The position numbers were made by a program, and so were the translations under genes. From IMG/VR virus record IMGVR_UViG_3300024264_000006, positions 83,637 through 147,636 of that record: DNA of 64,000 nt. One strand, given 5' to 3'. This DNA is from a virus. Shown here piece by piece: positions 45,815-56,607 of the stretch. The notes beneath the pieces were generated by a model. The model saw nothing but the letters and a program-made list of their open reading frames with translations, searched no databases and was not told the DNA's origin. Position 1 is the first letter of the stretch. The number at the start of each line of letters is the position of its first letter.

Positions 45815-46870
45815 TTATTTATTAGCGGTTTGTCTAATAGTTTGGATGTACTGTTCCATTACAGAAGACACTTCGACAGTTGTCTCAGGTTCTTCAGCAG
45901 TAATTTCATCAGTTACATCAGTTTTTTCAGCCTTAAAGAAAGACTCACGGATTGTTTCGACCTTAGACTTAAACGACTCTTCGTCATCAAAATCTACGTT
46001 CTCAACCAAACCACGAAGTTTCTCTACTTGAGTTTCTGCCATACCACGTGCAGCTTCAATAATAATTGAATCACGCTTGTATGTTTCAAGTTCTTCGGCA
46101 AGTTTAATTGCGTCACCTGTTGTTGCGTTGAGTTTAGTTTCCAACTCTTCAACAGATTCAGCTAGTTCGTCAACTAGGTCAACTTTGGACTCAGGAACTT
46201 CAATGTAAGATTCTACAAAGACATCTTTCATTTTGTTCATGAACGTCTCAGCGATTTCAGTACGGAGACCGTTCTGAACTGCTAACTTGTTCTCTTCCAT
46301 CCAAGATTCAACTACATAGTTAAGGTAGCTATCTACTTTCTCTACAAGATCAGATTTAACTTCAGATACTTCTTCAGCTAATTGTTCTTGATACTGTGTT
46401 TCAATTCTGTCTACTTCTTCAGACAGTTTTGTTTTCACAGCTGCTTCAAAAATTATAGCAGTTTTGGCTTTAAACTCATCACTGAGTGTTGCCTCAGACT
46501 CTACCAGTGCGTCTATTTCAGCAGTAGTATCAATTTGTGTCTCAGCGACAACACTTGATTCTTCTACTTCCACTTCTTCGCCCATTACCTTACTGTACGA
46601 TGCTTGAAGGTCAGCTTTTTTCATGCTGTTCAATTTACCGTACATGGCACTGATCATACCTGCTTTTGTTTTTGGAACAGGAGCTTGTTTTGTTGCGCCT
46701 GCAGCTTTGTCCACACTTGCGATTGACTCAGGTTCAGTTACTTCACCTTCGTCGCCCTTCGGTGCTGACTTAACAGCAGGAGCTGTTTCGTCGAGAGTCT
46801 CTTCCACGATATCGTTAATATCTTCATCGTGGAGTTCGACAGCTTCGACTTCTTTATTGACATCAGTCAT
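45815..46870 (-). CDS. gp22: Prohead core scaffold (gp22)
   Basis: Acidic coiled coil, IFEAAV, YLNYVVESW; synteny. Confidence 0.9.
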   Translation of the reverse strand: MTDVNKEVEAVELHDEDINDIVEETLDETAPAVKSAPKGDEGEVTEPESIASVDKAAGATKQAPVPKTKAGMISAMYGKLNSMKKADLQASYSKVMGEEVEVEESSVVAETQIDTTAEIDALVESEATLSDEFKAKTAIIFEAAVKTKLSEEVDRIETQYQEQLAEEVSEVKSDLVEKVDSYLNYVVESWMEENKLAVQNGLRTEIAETFMNKMKDVFVESYIEVPESKVDLVDELAESVEELETKLNATTGDAIKLAEELETYKRDSIIIEAARGMAETQVEKLRGLVENVDFDDEESFKSKVETIRESFFKAEKTDVTDEITAEEPETTVEVSSVMEQYIQTIRQTANK

Positions 46871-46881
46871 AATCGACTCCT

Positions 46882-47541
46882 TTATAATTGCGATTTTATT
46901 AACGAGAGGAAATTTTTAAACTCTCGAATTTGCACTTCTGGACGAAATGCTTTCGGAGTAGTTTTAATTTCAGTCTCCATTTTCTCAATTACCTGAGGCT
47001 CTAAAATGCCGTTATTCCAGACCCAGTCTACACCTTCCATAATTCCATTAACGAAAGCTTCTGGTGCGCTAGGGTCTTGTACTATGTCAACAGTACTAAG
47101 AATAAAGTCGTCTTTAACGACCATGGCGCCATTTCGATTCTCAAGGCTACCCATACCACGAGTTGACACGCCTAGTTGAACACCGCCTTCTAGGAGACCT
47201 TTTACGATCTTACCCATTGGAGTATCCAATACTTGTGCCTTTCCTACCACATCATTTCCCTCAAACTTGAGGTCTGTGATGAGGTGTGAAACTTTGTCTA
47301 AGTTGACTGTCGGCCCTTCAGGGTGGTTTAGTTCCCCTACTGCCCGTCTCTTAGAAACTTGTTCTTGTACGTACTTACCTACCGCCCTTTCCATAATTGG
47401 TTTGGGGTAGATACGTCCGTTTCTGTTCTTTTTGTCGGCCTGTGCGAACACACCTTCAATGGTGTACTTCTTTTCACCATCTTCTTTTTTCTCTACGATG
47501 CATTGAACATCGTTTTCTAAGTATTCGCTTATCAGCTTCAT
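46882..47541 (-). CDS. gp21: Prohead protease (gp21)
   Basis: NRNGRIY, GELNHP, GVSTRGMGS, DPSAP. Confidence 0.96.
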   Translation of the reverse strand: MKLISEYLENDVQCIVEKKEDGEKKYTIEGVFAQADKKNRNGRIYPKPIMERAVGKYVQEQVSKRRAVGELNHPEGPTVNLDKVSHLITDLKFEGNDVVGKAQVLDTPMGKIVKGLLEGGVQLGVSTRGMGSLENRNGAMVVKDDFILSTVDIVQDPSAPEAFVNGIMEGVDWVWNNGILEPQVIEKMETEIKTTPKAFRPEVQIREFKNFLSLIKSQL

Positions 47542-47756
47542 CTTGCTAAATCCTTTAAAATAGCTTGTGCGCCTTTAACGGCGTCTTTTTCGGACTTGAA
47601 TGTGTCCAGCATATCTCCATCGACATATGCGGTATACCCCTTACTGTCTTTCCAGACTTCGTAAGGGATTTTCTTTCCACGGACTTTCTCTGTTCCGGAA
47701 TGAACCTTTTTCCCTTGAGGTTTTTTTGCCTCTCTGATTTGTTCAAACGTTTTCAA
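47538..47756 (-). CDS. Small prohead-region protein (gp68 position)
   Basis: TTG start with GGAG; late promoter upstream. Confidence 0.65.
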   Translation of the reverse strand: MKTFEQIREAKKPQGKKVHSGTEKVRGKKIPYEVWKDSKGYTAYVDGDMLDTFKSEKDAVKGAQAILKDLAR

Positions 47757-47781
47757 AGTAAGTTTTCTCCGTTGTACCTAT

Positions 47782-47789
47782 TATTTATA
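47782..47789 (-). promoter_or_regulatory. Late promoter TATAAATA
   Basis: Exact consensus; hairpin ATGAAGTC/GACTTCAT (47826-47846) just upstream. Confidence 0.8.
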
Positions 47790-47850
47790 CAATTTATGTT
47801 TTTAAAAACAAATGTTTGTGACTTTATGAAGTCTCCCCGACTTCATCATC

Positions 47851-48180
47851 CTATGAAACTTCTTCCACTTCGTCTTCAACCACATCTTCGGTTGTTTCAT
47901 CATCATCAATACCTTCCTCGTCGATCTCATCATCGACCATATTTTCTATTTCTTGGTCAGTGAGGTCTTCGTCTTCAATGTCGCCATCCGCATCATTAAA
48001 GATGGAACCAGCCACTGCCACTTTCTCTGCATCCAATCTGGCTTGCAGTTTGTCGTTCAACATAGAATTGAATGTGGTCTGTGCAGCATTATAATTCTGC
48101 TGTTGCAAAGCATCAATGAACTGTTGTGCTTGACCGATTTCTTCTTGTTGTTCGACTTCTTGATTTTCTACTTCACTCAT
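47851..48180 (-). CDS. Acidic prohead core protein (gp67-like)
   Basis: Highly acidic; directly after the portal gene. Confidence 0.7.
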   Translation of the reverse strand: MSEVENQEVEQQEEIGQAQQFIDALQQQNYNAAQTTFNSMLNDKLQARLDAEKVAVAGSIFNDADGDIEDEDLTDQEIENMVDDEIDEEGIDDDETTEDVVEDEVEEVS

Positions 48181-48182
48181 GA

Positions 48183-49694
48183 TTATACTCCTAAATCATC
48201 TTCGTCATCGTCACCCTTTGAATTCTCAGACTCGACTTCATCTTTCATTTGATCGATGGATTCGTCTGACATCATCATGACGTTCTTCATTACCCACTCA
48301 CGTGAGAAATATTCACCAACATAATTAGTGATCCTATCCATTGTGTCCAGTCTCTCTCTTAAGAGTTCTGCGTTTTTAAGTTCAGTAAAGTGGTTGTCAC
48401 GAATAAAGTCAATGACGATATTGTTTTTCCACACTTCCCAATCATCCTCAGTAATAATACCTTTGAGGATTAGTTGCTTCTTGAGAATACCCAAGAACAA
48501 CATAGAGAATCTTCTACGCAGTCTGTCCACAAACTTTTGAAACTTAACTTCGTCTCGACTGATCTCTGTTGATCTACCAAGACTAAACTGAGCTTCTTGT
48601 TCCAGTCTATTTATTGGAACGTTAAGTGATCGATACAATCTCTTTTGGAAGTAGATAATATCATCAATCTGACCAAGGTTCTCACCGCCAGGCAGTGTAG
48701 AAATCTCAGTCCCTTTGCCACCTTCTCTACGAGGTAACCAAAAGTCTTCTAACATAGACATGTGTTTACGATCATCTTTGATCTGTCCAGTACTTGCATC
48801 ATAGACTAACTTGTTTCTATAACGAGTCATGATGTCTTTCATGTGTTGTTCAGCCTTACCAGTAGGTAAGTTACCAACATCTATGTAAAAAATTCTTCTC
48901 TCTGGTGCACGTGCAAGACGATAGATTACCAAAGAGTCTTCCATCATACGCAATTGGTTGATGGGTTTAATTGACTTGTGTAGGTAGGATATTACACGCT
49001 TTCTTTGTGCGTCTAACAATCCAGAAGTTACATACGAAACAGAATCAGTAGACATCTTGACGCCTGTTCTTGTTCCTTGTTTCTCTTGGAAAACATAAAA
49101 CTCGTTGACCTTATCAACGATCTTGGCGTCAGTCTTTGTATCTTTTTTGTATTTAACCTCTTTTACTTTACGAACCTTGGAGGCATCGATAGGACGAATT
49201 TCCTGAATACCAGCCTTCATATTAGATTCGTTTACTACGAGGTGGTGAACCAAACGTCCATCCACATACCATGACCTAAAGATGTCATGTGCGTTATCAT
49301 TGAAGTTCAACATCGAACAGATGTTATCAAACTCTTCAACAATAATCTTTTTAATCTTGTCGGACGCATCTACTTTGTCCAGACTAATTTCTACAGAGGA
49401 TTCTAAATCAGATGCACTGATAGACTCATTGATGATGTCTTCAACAGCTGCATCGACTTCAGGGTGTTCTGCAACACCACGATACTTCTTAATTAATTCT
49501 GCATTATCTTTTGCGCCATCACCTTCAATGTCAATAAATTGACCGAAGTGGGCCCCAGAGGCAGTAACGTACCCCGCACCATCTTCATCCGCTTTCGGAA
49601 CGATGGACGGTAATTTCTCAGGTTTCTTATCTTGATTCGCTCTTTTTATTTCGAATCCGAAAAGTTTAATGATGCTATTACTTTCTTCTGCCAT
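48183..49694 (-). CDS. gp20: Portal protein (gp20)
   Basis: YRLARAPERRIFYIDVGNLP, EDFWLPRREGGKGTEI. Confidence 0.97.
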   Translation of the reverse strand: MAEESNSIIKLFGFEIKRANQDKKPEKLPSIVPKADEDGAGYVTASGAHFGQFIDIEGDGAKDNAELIKKYRGVAEHPEVDAAVEDIINESISASDLESSVEISLDKVDASDKIKKIIVEEFDNICSMLNFNDNAHDIFRSWYVDGRLVHHLVVNESNMKAGIQEIRPIDASKVRKVKEVKYKKDTKTDAKIVDKVNEFYVFQEKQGTRTGVKMSTDSVSYVTSGLLDAQRKRVISYLHKSIKPINQLRMMEDSLVIYRLARAPERRIFYIDVGNLPTGKAEQHMKDIMTRYRNKLVYDASTGQIKDDRKHMSMLEDFWLPRREGGKGTEISTLPGGENLGQIDDIIYFQKRLYRSLNVPINRLEQEAQFSLGRSTEISRDEVKFQKFVDRLRRRFSMLFLGILKKQLILKGIITEDDWEVWKNNIVIDFIRDNHFTELKNAELLRERLDTMDRITNYVGEYFSREWVMKNVMMMSDESIDQMKDEVESENSKGDDDEDDLGV

Positions 49695-49717
49695 ATCTCG
49701 CTTCTTTTGATAAAGTG

Positions 49718-49751
49718 CGGGGGCTAATTGCCCCCGACTCTATTACTTATA
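49718..49751 (-). promoter_or_regulatory. Late-promoter variant TATAAGTA followed by a leader hairpin CGGGGGC/GCCCCCG
   Basis: Between gp19 and gp20. Confidence 0.55.
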
Positions 49752-49757
49752 CTAGTC

Positions 49758-50285
49758 TTAACTAGTTGTGTCAGATTCCCAGTATTGGACTTGGAACTCA
49801 ACCGTAAACTCTTCGATCTGATCTACTGTTTCGTAGTTAACATCGATTGCAGCTACGTTGGTTGGGAAACAACCACGGAACTGATAAGTTTTAATGGTCT
49901 CGCCATCTTTGTCCAATTGCTCAACAATTAAATCTGCTTCATATTCAACAGGGTTGGTCAGACCAGTATTAGCACTGTGTGCATTGATACCGTTCATCCA
50001 TCGTTCCATTGCGTTTCTAACATTGAAGTCTGTATCGTTGATAATAGTCGTTGTCCATGTTTCAAACGTTCTATCACCAGCAATCTTCAATTGTCGTCCA
50101 CGGAAAGGAACTTCAACCACGTTCATTACTGAAGCGGGTAATTGTGCAGCCTTACATAGGAAGGATGTCAATTCGACATCGCCTCCAGCGTAAGCGGGAA
50201 AGTTGACAGTCGCTTTAAAAAGATTGGGACGTGCGCCCCCGCCTCTTAGCTTCGACTTAAAGTCATCTACGCCTAAAATTGCCAT
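49758..50285 (-). CDS. gp19: Tail tube protein (gp19)
   Basis: GGARPNLF, FRGRQLKIAGDRTF, WTTTIIND. Confidence 0.95.
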   Translation of the reverse strand: MAILGVDDFKSKLRGGGARPNLFKATVNFPAYAGGDVELTSFLCKAAQLPASVMNVVEVPFRGRQLKIAGDRTFETWTTTIINDTDFNVRNAMERWMNGINAHSANTGLTNPVEYEADLIVEQLDKDGETIKTYQFRGCFPTNVAAIDVNYETVDQIEEFTVEFQVQYWESDTTS

Positions 50286-50298
50286 CTTTCTCTACTCC

Positions 50299-52092
50299 TT
50301 AAACTGTGCCAACGACTTCTTCAAAGTCTACACCACTACGAACTGCGACAAAATTCAATGTCACGAAGTTAATAGAACGTGCAGGCTTAATGAAGATAGA
50401 AGCGACAAATTCGTTTCTGTCAATCACAGCCGGTGTGTTGTTTGTTTCATCACAAACAACCTTAAAGTCTGTAATACCTCTTCGACCCTTGATCTCACGA
50501 AGTAAAGGTTCTACAACATTCACAAACTCAGCACGAGTAAACTCGTCATTGAATTCGAAGAGAATGTTCTTAGCAGCTTGTGCGATTGACTTCTCAACAC
50601 CGATAAACAATCTTCGGACGTTGATTCTGTCAAATGCAGAAGGTCTAAGTTCATGAGTCTTGTCACCATACAATACAATACCTACGCCTGGGATATTAGC
50701 CACAGGGTTGACATTTGCTTTATATAGTGCGTCTCTCTGCGCTTTATTTGGAGAGTGTGCAATATCTGTTACTGCCAGATAGCTACCACGTCTCTGCCCA
50801 GCTGGAGAGAACCAAGGAGCAGCAACAAAGTCTGTTGCAGCCATGATTCCAGCAGTTGAGGAGTTAGCAGGAATATAAATGTATTGATCGTTATATTTAT
50901 CAAACACCTTGAGGTAGTTATTATCTACGATCAAGTATGAACTGTTTGATAGTGAATTTGCAAACGAAATGGCATTCGTATTTGCAGCACTGGTTGTTAC
51001 ACCAATGATTCCATCTCTGTTAGGAGAAACTGGAACCACACAGTCCTTGCGGTCTTTTGCAATTGCGTTACAATAGTTTGCGATTGTTACAGCGTCAGAG
51101 TCATTAGATGACTGAGGCGGAATCAGGAAGTCTACCTGAAGAGCTTCTGCGTCATCAAACAGATCGAATCCTGTTGTAACTTGACTATTAGTCAAATCAG
51201 CAGAGTTTGATCCACCGCCCAATTTAATTTGAGAGATGTCGTTTGTCCATGCAGATACGCCTGTAGAGTAATCTACTGCGCTGTCCACTGAAGGGGTCTT
51301 ACCCCAGTTTTGCCCGATATTTGCATGAGAAGAACCAAATGCAGAGTCATCTGCAAAGATGTTGTTCCATACATATCCCGATTGCGTGTTGATTACATCG
51401 GAAATATAGTTCGGAGAACCATCCGGTGTAACAGCACCTTTAGCAACAGACAGGTGAGGGAATGTTTCCAACACTGTGCCTGGCGTTCCAGTGAATGACC
51501 CAGTTCGGTCAATAACCGCTACGTGTACTTCGTCTTTAGATGCACCGTTTTCGGTTGCATAAGCAGAAGTAGTTGGTTCACGATCAAATGAACCTTTGTA
51601 TGACCAACCACCAAAAAAGTCGTTGCCATCGGAATCGCTTGCTGGACAGAATGCTACTGTCAATGCATTACCCAGTGAGCCTGGATATTTTGCAATGAAC
51701 GATCCTGTATTTAGCGTTCCCGCCTTGACAGAAGAAGAAACATTAGTTTCCCAATCTTGAAGGTTCTCAACGGTTGCTGAGTCGCTGGTTAGTTTTGTAA
51801 CAGCACTGTGTGCGTTAGTGCCTCCATTGTTACCACGAACAATGTAGAGGCTGTTTGTGTACTTCAAGAAGTACGATGCGCTATGGAAATCCACAGCATT
51901 ATCTTCGTTAGGCGCTGCGAACGCTCTCACCAGTCCAGATTCGTCTGCCACTAGTGTTTGCGAGTTTACAGGCCCCCAACGAAAGTTCCCAACAAATGCG
52001 CCTACAGAAGTCGATACATTGGGCGCTACACCCGAAAGATCGATTTCTCTGATCGTAATTGCTGGAGACAGAGACGGTGATAGTAATGCCAT
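50299..52092 (-). CDS. gp18: Tail sheath protein (gp18)
   Basis: PWFSPAG, FDRINVRRLF, IKPARSINF. Confidence 0.96.
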   Translation of the reverse strand: MALLSPSLSPAITIREIDLSGVAPNVSTSVGAFVGNFRWGPVNSQTLVADESGLVRAFAAPNEDNAVDFHSASYFLKYTNSLYIVRGNNGGTNAHSAVTKLTSDSATVENLQDWETNVSSSVKAGTLNTGSFIAKYPGSLGNALTVAFCPASDSDGNDFFGGWSYKGSFDREPTTSAYATENGASKDEVHVAVIDRTGSFTGTPGTVLETFPHLSVAKGAVTPDGSPNYISDVINTQSGYVWNNIFADDSAFGSSHANIGQNWGKTPSVDSAVDYSTGVSAWTNDISQIKLGGGSNSADLTNSQVTTGFDLFDDAEALQVDFLIPPQSSNDSDAVTIANYCNAIAKDRKDCVVPVSPNRDGIIGVTTSAANTNAISFANSLSNSSYLIVDNNYLKVFDKYNDQYIYIPANSSTAGIMAATDFVAAPWFSPAGQRRGSYLAVTDIAHSPNKAQRDALYKANVNPVANIPGVGIVLYGDKTHELRPSAFDRINVRRLFIGVEKSIAQAAKNILFEFNDEFTRAEFVNVVEPLLREIKGRRGITDFKVVCDETNNTPAVIDRNEFVASIFIKPARSINFVTLNFVAVRSGVDFEEVVGTV

Positions 52093-52157
52093 AACTGTTA
52101 TCCTTTTCGTTTACAAATTATAAGTGAGTTCATAATACGGTTTTTATCAATCAGTAT

Positions 52158-52165
52158 TATTTATA
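52158..52165 (-). promoter_or_regulatory. Late promoter TATAAATA for gp18
   Basis: Exact consensus. Confidence 0.8.
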
Positions 52166-52177
52166 ATTTTTAAGTTT

Positions 52178-53791
52178 CTACCAATCATCTTGACGCCATA
52201 CCTGCCATTCATTTGCGAGGTTACTCTCTTCAGCTTCGATGGCTGCGATAGCGTCACTACCATCATCAATAAACCCAAAAGCGGGTACATCATTTGCAAT
52301 TGACTGCATTTTTTCATCAAATAACATTTGTTTAAGGTTTATATCGGTCATGTCCCCAAAGAATTGTGTTGATGCAAAGTATCCAAACATCACGAGATTC
52401 ATCATTAAATCATCGTGGTTACCGTCTGAGGCCTCGTAGGACTGTCCTCTTGCGGTAAATGTAGACACCTCTAAGATTGTATTCTCATCTACAATTTCAA
52501 GCTTGCCATTTTCAAGAATATCCTTTATACTAGAACATCCAAGTCTTTTGACCTTACGGTTCATTTCAATACCAAGGCCAGAGGACTTTACGGAAGAGGT
52601 CACATGTAGGTGTTCGTATTCTAAATCGTGATATAGTCCATTACACACCACACCACCCTGATCATTTGCCTCTACGACCACATATGCGTCATTGTAGAGA
52701 ATCGCATACTTATAGATAATATTTGGAAAGAGTATTGGAGATATAGTATTACAGCGATACACCGCAACTTGTTTGAAAGGTTGGACTGCAATATCGATAA
52801 CCGTAAAGGTAGAATAATCCTGACCTCTTCCTTTTGATACGTCCACAGTAAAGATGTAATCATGATCTTTAACTGGATGGTCATATACAATTAGATCGCC
52901 ACCCTCAAGAAATTCTTTTGGTGGCTTCGACCTCAATGAGAGTAAAGTCTCTGCATTGATTAGGGTATCGCCGGTTCCAAAAAAGGTGTTACCGAATTCT
53001 TGGTCGAACTGTAACTGTGATGTGTTGGAAACAGTCTGTTCCTTCCACTTCTCATCACGGCCAGGCACGTCCCACCAATCTACTTGAAAAGACTTGTACT
53101 CATTGATTCCTTGAACTGCACCTTCCCAAACCTTGTGGAATGTATTTCCTATACCGTTGGCTGTTGACGTGATAATAACTTTCGTGTCTTTACCAGCAGA
53201 GACAACAGGGTAGGTAGAAGTATAGAATTCATTAGCACGTTCAACGAAAGCAAACTCATCAAGAAACAGTAGGTTAACAGACATACCACGAATAGAACTA
53301 CCGCTAGTGGCAGCAGCAATAATCCGACTATTGTTGGAAAATTCGATACTACCTTTGTTGAGTGCTTTGCAGCCCGGCTGCAAAAAGAACGGTAGGTTTT
53401 CGAGAGCAAGAGTAACACGTCCTAACATCTCCCTTGCGGTTGCACCTTTATTGGCAAGGATTGCAATCGTCTTTTCTGTATGAAAAATGGCATACCATAA
53501 AAGATATACTACACTGGAAATCGATTTACCACTCTGTCTACATGCAAGAACAATAGAGAATCTATTATCATTGAAATGTTCAAACATCTTTTCTTGGTAT
53601 GGATACAAGTCAAAGTTGACAAGACCCTTATCCAATGATATAATCTTCACATAGGTTCGAGCAAAGTATGCGGGGTCGTTCATACACTTCGCATACTCTT
53701 TAATTTTTGTTTCATCCCATTCTTCATTAACCCCGTCTTTCTTTACGTTAGGGTTACCAAGGTAGGATTCTTTATTCAGGAGGGGGTTCAA
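52178..53791 (-). CDS. gp17: Terminase large subunit (gp17)
   Basis: RQSGKS, LDEFAF, ITSTANG, DVSKG, HDDL. Confidence 0.96.
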   Translation of the reverse strand: MNPLLNKESYLGNPNVKKDGVNEEWDETKIKEYAKCMNDPAYFARTYVKIISLDKGLVNFDLYPYQEKMFEHFNDNRFSIVLACRQSGKSISSVVYLLWYAIFHTEKTIAILANKGATAREMLGRVTLALENLPFFLQPGCKALNKGSIEFSNNSRIIAAATSGSSIRGMSVNLLFLDEFAFVERANEFYTSTYPVVSAGKDTKVIITSTANGIGNTFHKVWEGAVQGINEYKSFQVDWWDVPGRDEKWKEQTVSNTSQLQFDQEFGNTFFGTGDTLINAETLLSLRSKPPKEFLEGGDLIVYDHPVKDHDYIFTVDVSKGRGQDYSTFTVIDIAVQPFKQVAVYRCNTISPILFPNIIYKYAILYNDAYVVVEANDQGGVVCNGLYHDLEYEHLHVTSSVKSSGLGIEMNRKVKRLGCSSIKDILENGKLEIVDENTILEVSTFTARGQSYEASDGNHDDLMMNLVMFGYFASTQFFGDMTDINLKQMLFDEKMQSIANDVPAFGFIDDGSDAIAAIEAEESNLANEWQVWRQDDW

Positions 53792-54125
53792 CGTCTATCA
53801 CCTTAGCTTTTTCATTCTGTAGAAGTCGTTGTAAGTCGCTTGTTGATCCAAGAAATAAATTATTATTGGTTGTGTTCCCAAGTTTTTTGGGATCATCTTC
53901 ACGATCTATTTCTTTCTTTTGTTTATTCAGAGCCATGAGTTTGTCGTTGATGTCTGCCATGTTTTTCATCATACCAGACAATACTTCAAACGCACGAGGA
54001 TGTTCGCTTTCACGTGCTACCTCAATCATGAGTTCCATACTCTCTCTACCTTTTTCTAGTAGATCGTAGTATGTCTCTCTTGAGTATTGGTAATCATTAT
54101 CTACATTATCATTACGTTTTGTCAT
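53772..54125 (-). CDS. gp16: Terminase small subunit (gp16)
   Basis: HPRAFEV, NNNLFLGSTSDLQ. Confidence 0.9.
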   Translation of the reverse strand: MTKRNDNVDNDYQYSRETYYDLLEKGRESMELMIEVARESEHPRAFEVLSGMMKNMADINDKLMALNKQKKEIDREDDPKKLGNTTNNNLFLGSTSDLQRLLQNEKAKVIDVEPPPE

Positions 54126-54892
54126 GCACTGCTATCCAAATATTGAATCAAAAATCCATAGTCGCTGTCGGGACTCACTCCTACAGGCGTTGGAGTTATG
54201 TTTATGTTCGTATAGAACGTATCACTGTCTCCCATAATATATAGATTATTATTAACTTCACGTATAATGCCTTGTTCAACATTAGGCCCATAGAATGCAA
54301 TTTTCATTGTAAAATCAAGATTATATATAATGGTTCTTCTCTGTTCTAGTGCACCCTCAAAAGTATCTTCGAAAGAAACCCCTTCAAGTACTACAGGCAC
54401 ATCTTCTTTGACATCTGGGAGATCAGAGAATGGTTTTATCGTCACCGTATATTGTGGTGCGAAATACGGTATAATTTGTTCTACTATTTGTAACGCATCA
54501 TCCTGAGACTTTGCGTAAATACTTAATTGAAATGATACGTCATAAGGTACAGACGTAAACATTTTGTACCTTTTAGTAATGTCATTTTCAAATTCGTTTT
54601 GAACACGGTTTACTTTAGGTAATTGTCTTGCTGGGTCATAGGTCATCTGAGTAATTTCAAATGACATACGAGGAAGTTTCATCGCAACTTTACGTTCTGC
54701 TTCCTCTCCCTTTGACATCTCTGCCAGTCTTTGGATAAAGTTTCTCTTAGGCGCATAAGATAAAGGCACCTTTACCTGAGAAATAATCTCACCGCCAGCA
54801 TTTGCTCTGAGGACGTGCAAGTCGTTAAACAACGATCCGAATACAGATACCGCTGTTCTAACTCTCTTGTGATAAAAATGTGTTCCAAACAT
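54122..54892 (-). CDS. gp15: Tail terminator/sheath stabilizer (gp15)
   Basis: FGSLFND, VPLSYAPK, LPRMSFE, QIVEQIIPYF. Confidence 0.93.
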   Translation of the reverse strand: MFGTHFYHKRVRTAVSVFGSLFNDLHVLRANAGGEIISQVKVPLSYAPKRNFIQRLAEMSKGEEAERKVAMKLPRMSFEITQMTYDPARQLPKVNRVQNEFENDITKRYKMFTSVPYDVSFQLSIYAKSQDDALQIVEQIIPYFAPQYTVTIKPFSDLPDVKEDVPVVLEGVSFEDTFEGALEQRRTIIYNLDFTMKIAFYGPNVEQGIIREVNNNLYIMGDSDTFYTNINITPTPVGVSPDSDYGFLIQYLDSSA

Positions 54893-56601
54893 TATTCCAT
54901 GTCTCCAAAGGGATTAGATTCGGAGAAGTCTAGGAAGTCACCCTCAAAATCATCAAATATCGTGTTCTGAGATTCCTGTTGAATCTCTTGTAATTCTTCT
55001 ACCAGACTGGGAACCCAACTTGCATTCGCACCTGATATAGGACGATTAACATTGAACTGTCGGTATTCTCCATCTGTAGAACCACAGTGAGCCAATTGAA
55101 GAACTCTATCAGAGTCACTCCAGTCTGTAACCTCACCCTTCATAGTATATGTAGAGTTTACTTGAGATACTACTTCCCCAATAATAAAGTTACCACCCGA
55201 ATCTGGGGCAGAGAATATTGGAGATGGTGCATTTGAATACAAGAATCCTGACGTAACTAATGTTAGTCCGGTTACACTACCTGTTGTTGCATCAATCGTA
55301 GCAGTAGCAGTAGCTGGTGTTCCGTCCGCATGTTCTAGTGTTATTGTATTAGAACCACTATCGTTCACTGAGGTTGGTACTGTAAAGTCTGAGTCTCCTA
55401 CTAGAGTACTTACACTACCAGCTCGGAAATGAATCTCATCTAGGTTACCCGCAGTAACTTTCCAGTCTGTACCACCGAAGGTTCTACTAGAAAATGCACC
55501 CAACGAGTATCCTGAAGACGTTGCAAATGGATCAGTATAACCAATAGCAGAGTCCATTTCCTTTGTACCATTTACCCACACATGAACATCACCTGAATCT
55601 AAAGCAAACGCAATATGTTCAAATGAACCACGAGTAAGAGTAGAAGTACTTGCAACTCTAGGGGTTGCCATTCCACTTCCCCTTTGGTATACTAATGCAC
55701 CAGATGAGTTTATACCCCACATGGTTTGATTGCCGGCACTATCACCACCGTGTAACAATATAGAAGAGAATTCTCCAGCAGATGGATACTCACTAACACG
55801 GATAAACATGTCTACCACACCGTTATCGGATGGAAACAAGAAAGAGTCTTCTACGCCCAGAGCCTGTGACATGTCGATACTGTTCCTACCAAAATAAGAT
55901 ATGTCACCTGAATCGGGTTGTGGGAAGGTTACCGTTGGCGCAGTTGTATAACCACGTCCAGCTGTAGACAGAGATATGGTGTCCACACCACCGGCTTGGT
56001 TGATTGTTGAACCAGCAGTAGGTAAACTACCAAAACTATCTCTTGTTCTCATAGTAAGTTTATACTGGAAGGCACCTTCGTACTCAATATCGTCTATGGT
56101 ATCAATACCAGTATCAAAGTCTTCATCGTTGTATTCGAACAATTCAGCTTGTAGTCTAAACGTAGGCAGATTACTTAGTTGATAGAATGGCGTCTCAGTT
56201 TCTACTTTGTTAATTTGGAAGATAGATTTGGAGAGAGACAGATAAATGACATCGCCTTCTCTTGGTCGAAACTTGTTTGAATCTAAGTAGTTACCGATAA
56301 GTTGTTTCCAACGTTTACGAGCAACTACGAATGTGGCTTGATCTCTTAGTTCAATACCAAATTTTGTGAACAGGTCACCCTCACCTTCGAATCCTTCAGT
56401 GTTCTCAATGTACATCTCTATTTTGTAGGCGTCAGAGAAACGTGAGGGTACATCATCAAGGAATACTTTATCCTTGTTGACTATTTCTCTTGGTATGTAG
56501 TAAACGTCCTGACCGTAGAACTTTAAAGACTCAATTACGATGTCTTCATAAAGGTTTTGTTCCGATCTGACTGTTTGACTGATATATGGATTTGTTGCCA
56601 C
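54892..56601 (-). CDS. gp14: Neck protein gp14 with a large inserted lectin-like domain
   Basis: gp14 N-terminus (YGQDVYYIPR, KFGIELRD, RPREGD) and C-terminus (DFSESNPFG) flanking an insert of about 300 aa. Confidence 0.88.
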   Translation of the reverse strand: MATNPYISQTVRSEQNLYEDIVIESLKFYGQDVYYIPREIVNKDKVFLDDVPSRFSDAYKIEMYIENTEGFEGEGDLFTKFGIELRDQATFVVARKRWKQLIGNYLDSNKFRPREGDVIYLSLSKSIFQINKVETETPFYQLSNLPTFRLQAELFEYNDEDFDTGIDTIDDIEYEGAFQYKLTMRTRDSFGSLPTAGSTINQAGGVDTISLSTAGRGYTTAPTVTFPQPDSGDISYFGRNSIDMSQALGVEDSFLFPSDNGVVDMFIRVSEYPSAGEFSSILLHGGDSAGNQTMWGINSSGALVYQRGSGMATPRVASTSTLTRGSFEHIAFALDSGDVHVWVNGTKEMDSAIGYTDPFATSSGYSLGAFSSRTFGGTDWKVTAGNLDEIHFRAGSVSTLVGDSDFTVPTSVNDSGSNTITLEHADGTPATATATIDATTGSVTGLTLVTSGFLYSNAPSPIFSAPDSGGNFIIGEVVSQVNSTYTMKGEVTDWSDSDRVLQLAHCGSTDGEYRQFNVNRPISGANASWVPSLVEELQEIQQESQNTIFDDFEGDFLDFSESNPFGDME

Positions 56602-56607
56602 GTCTTA

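Noticed and set aside
12711-53791. Inteins or introns in gp41, uvsX, gp43, gp46, uvsW, gp17
   Set aside because: Proteins are of normal length with contiguous motifs and no splice signatures
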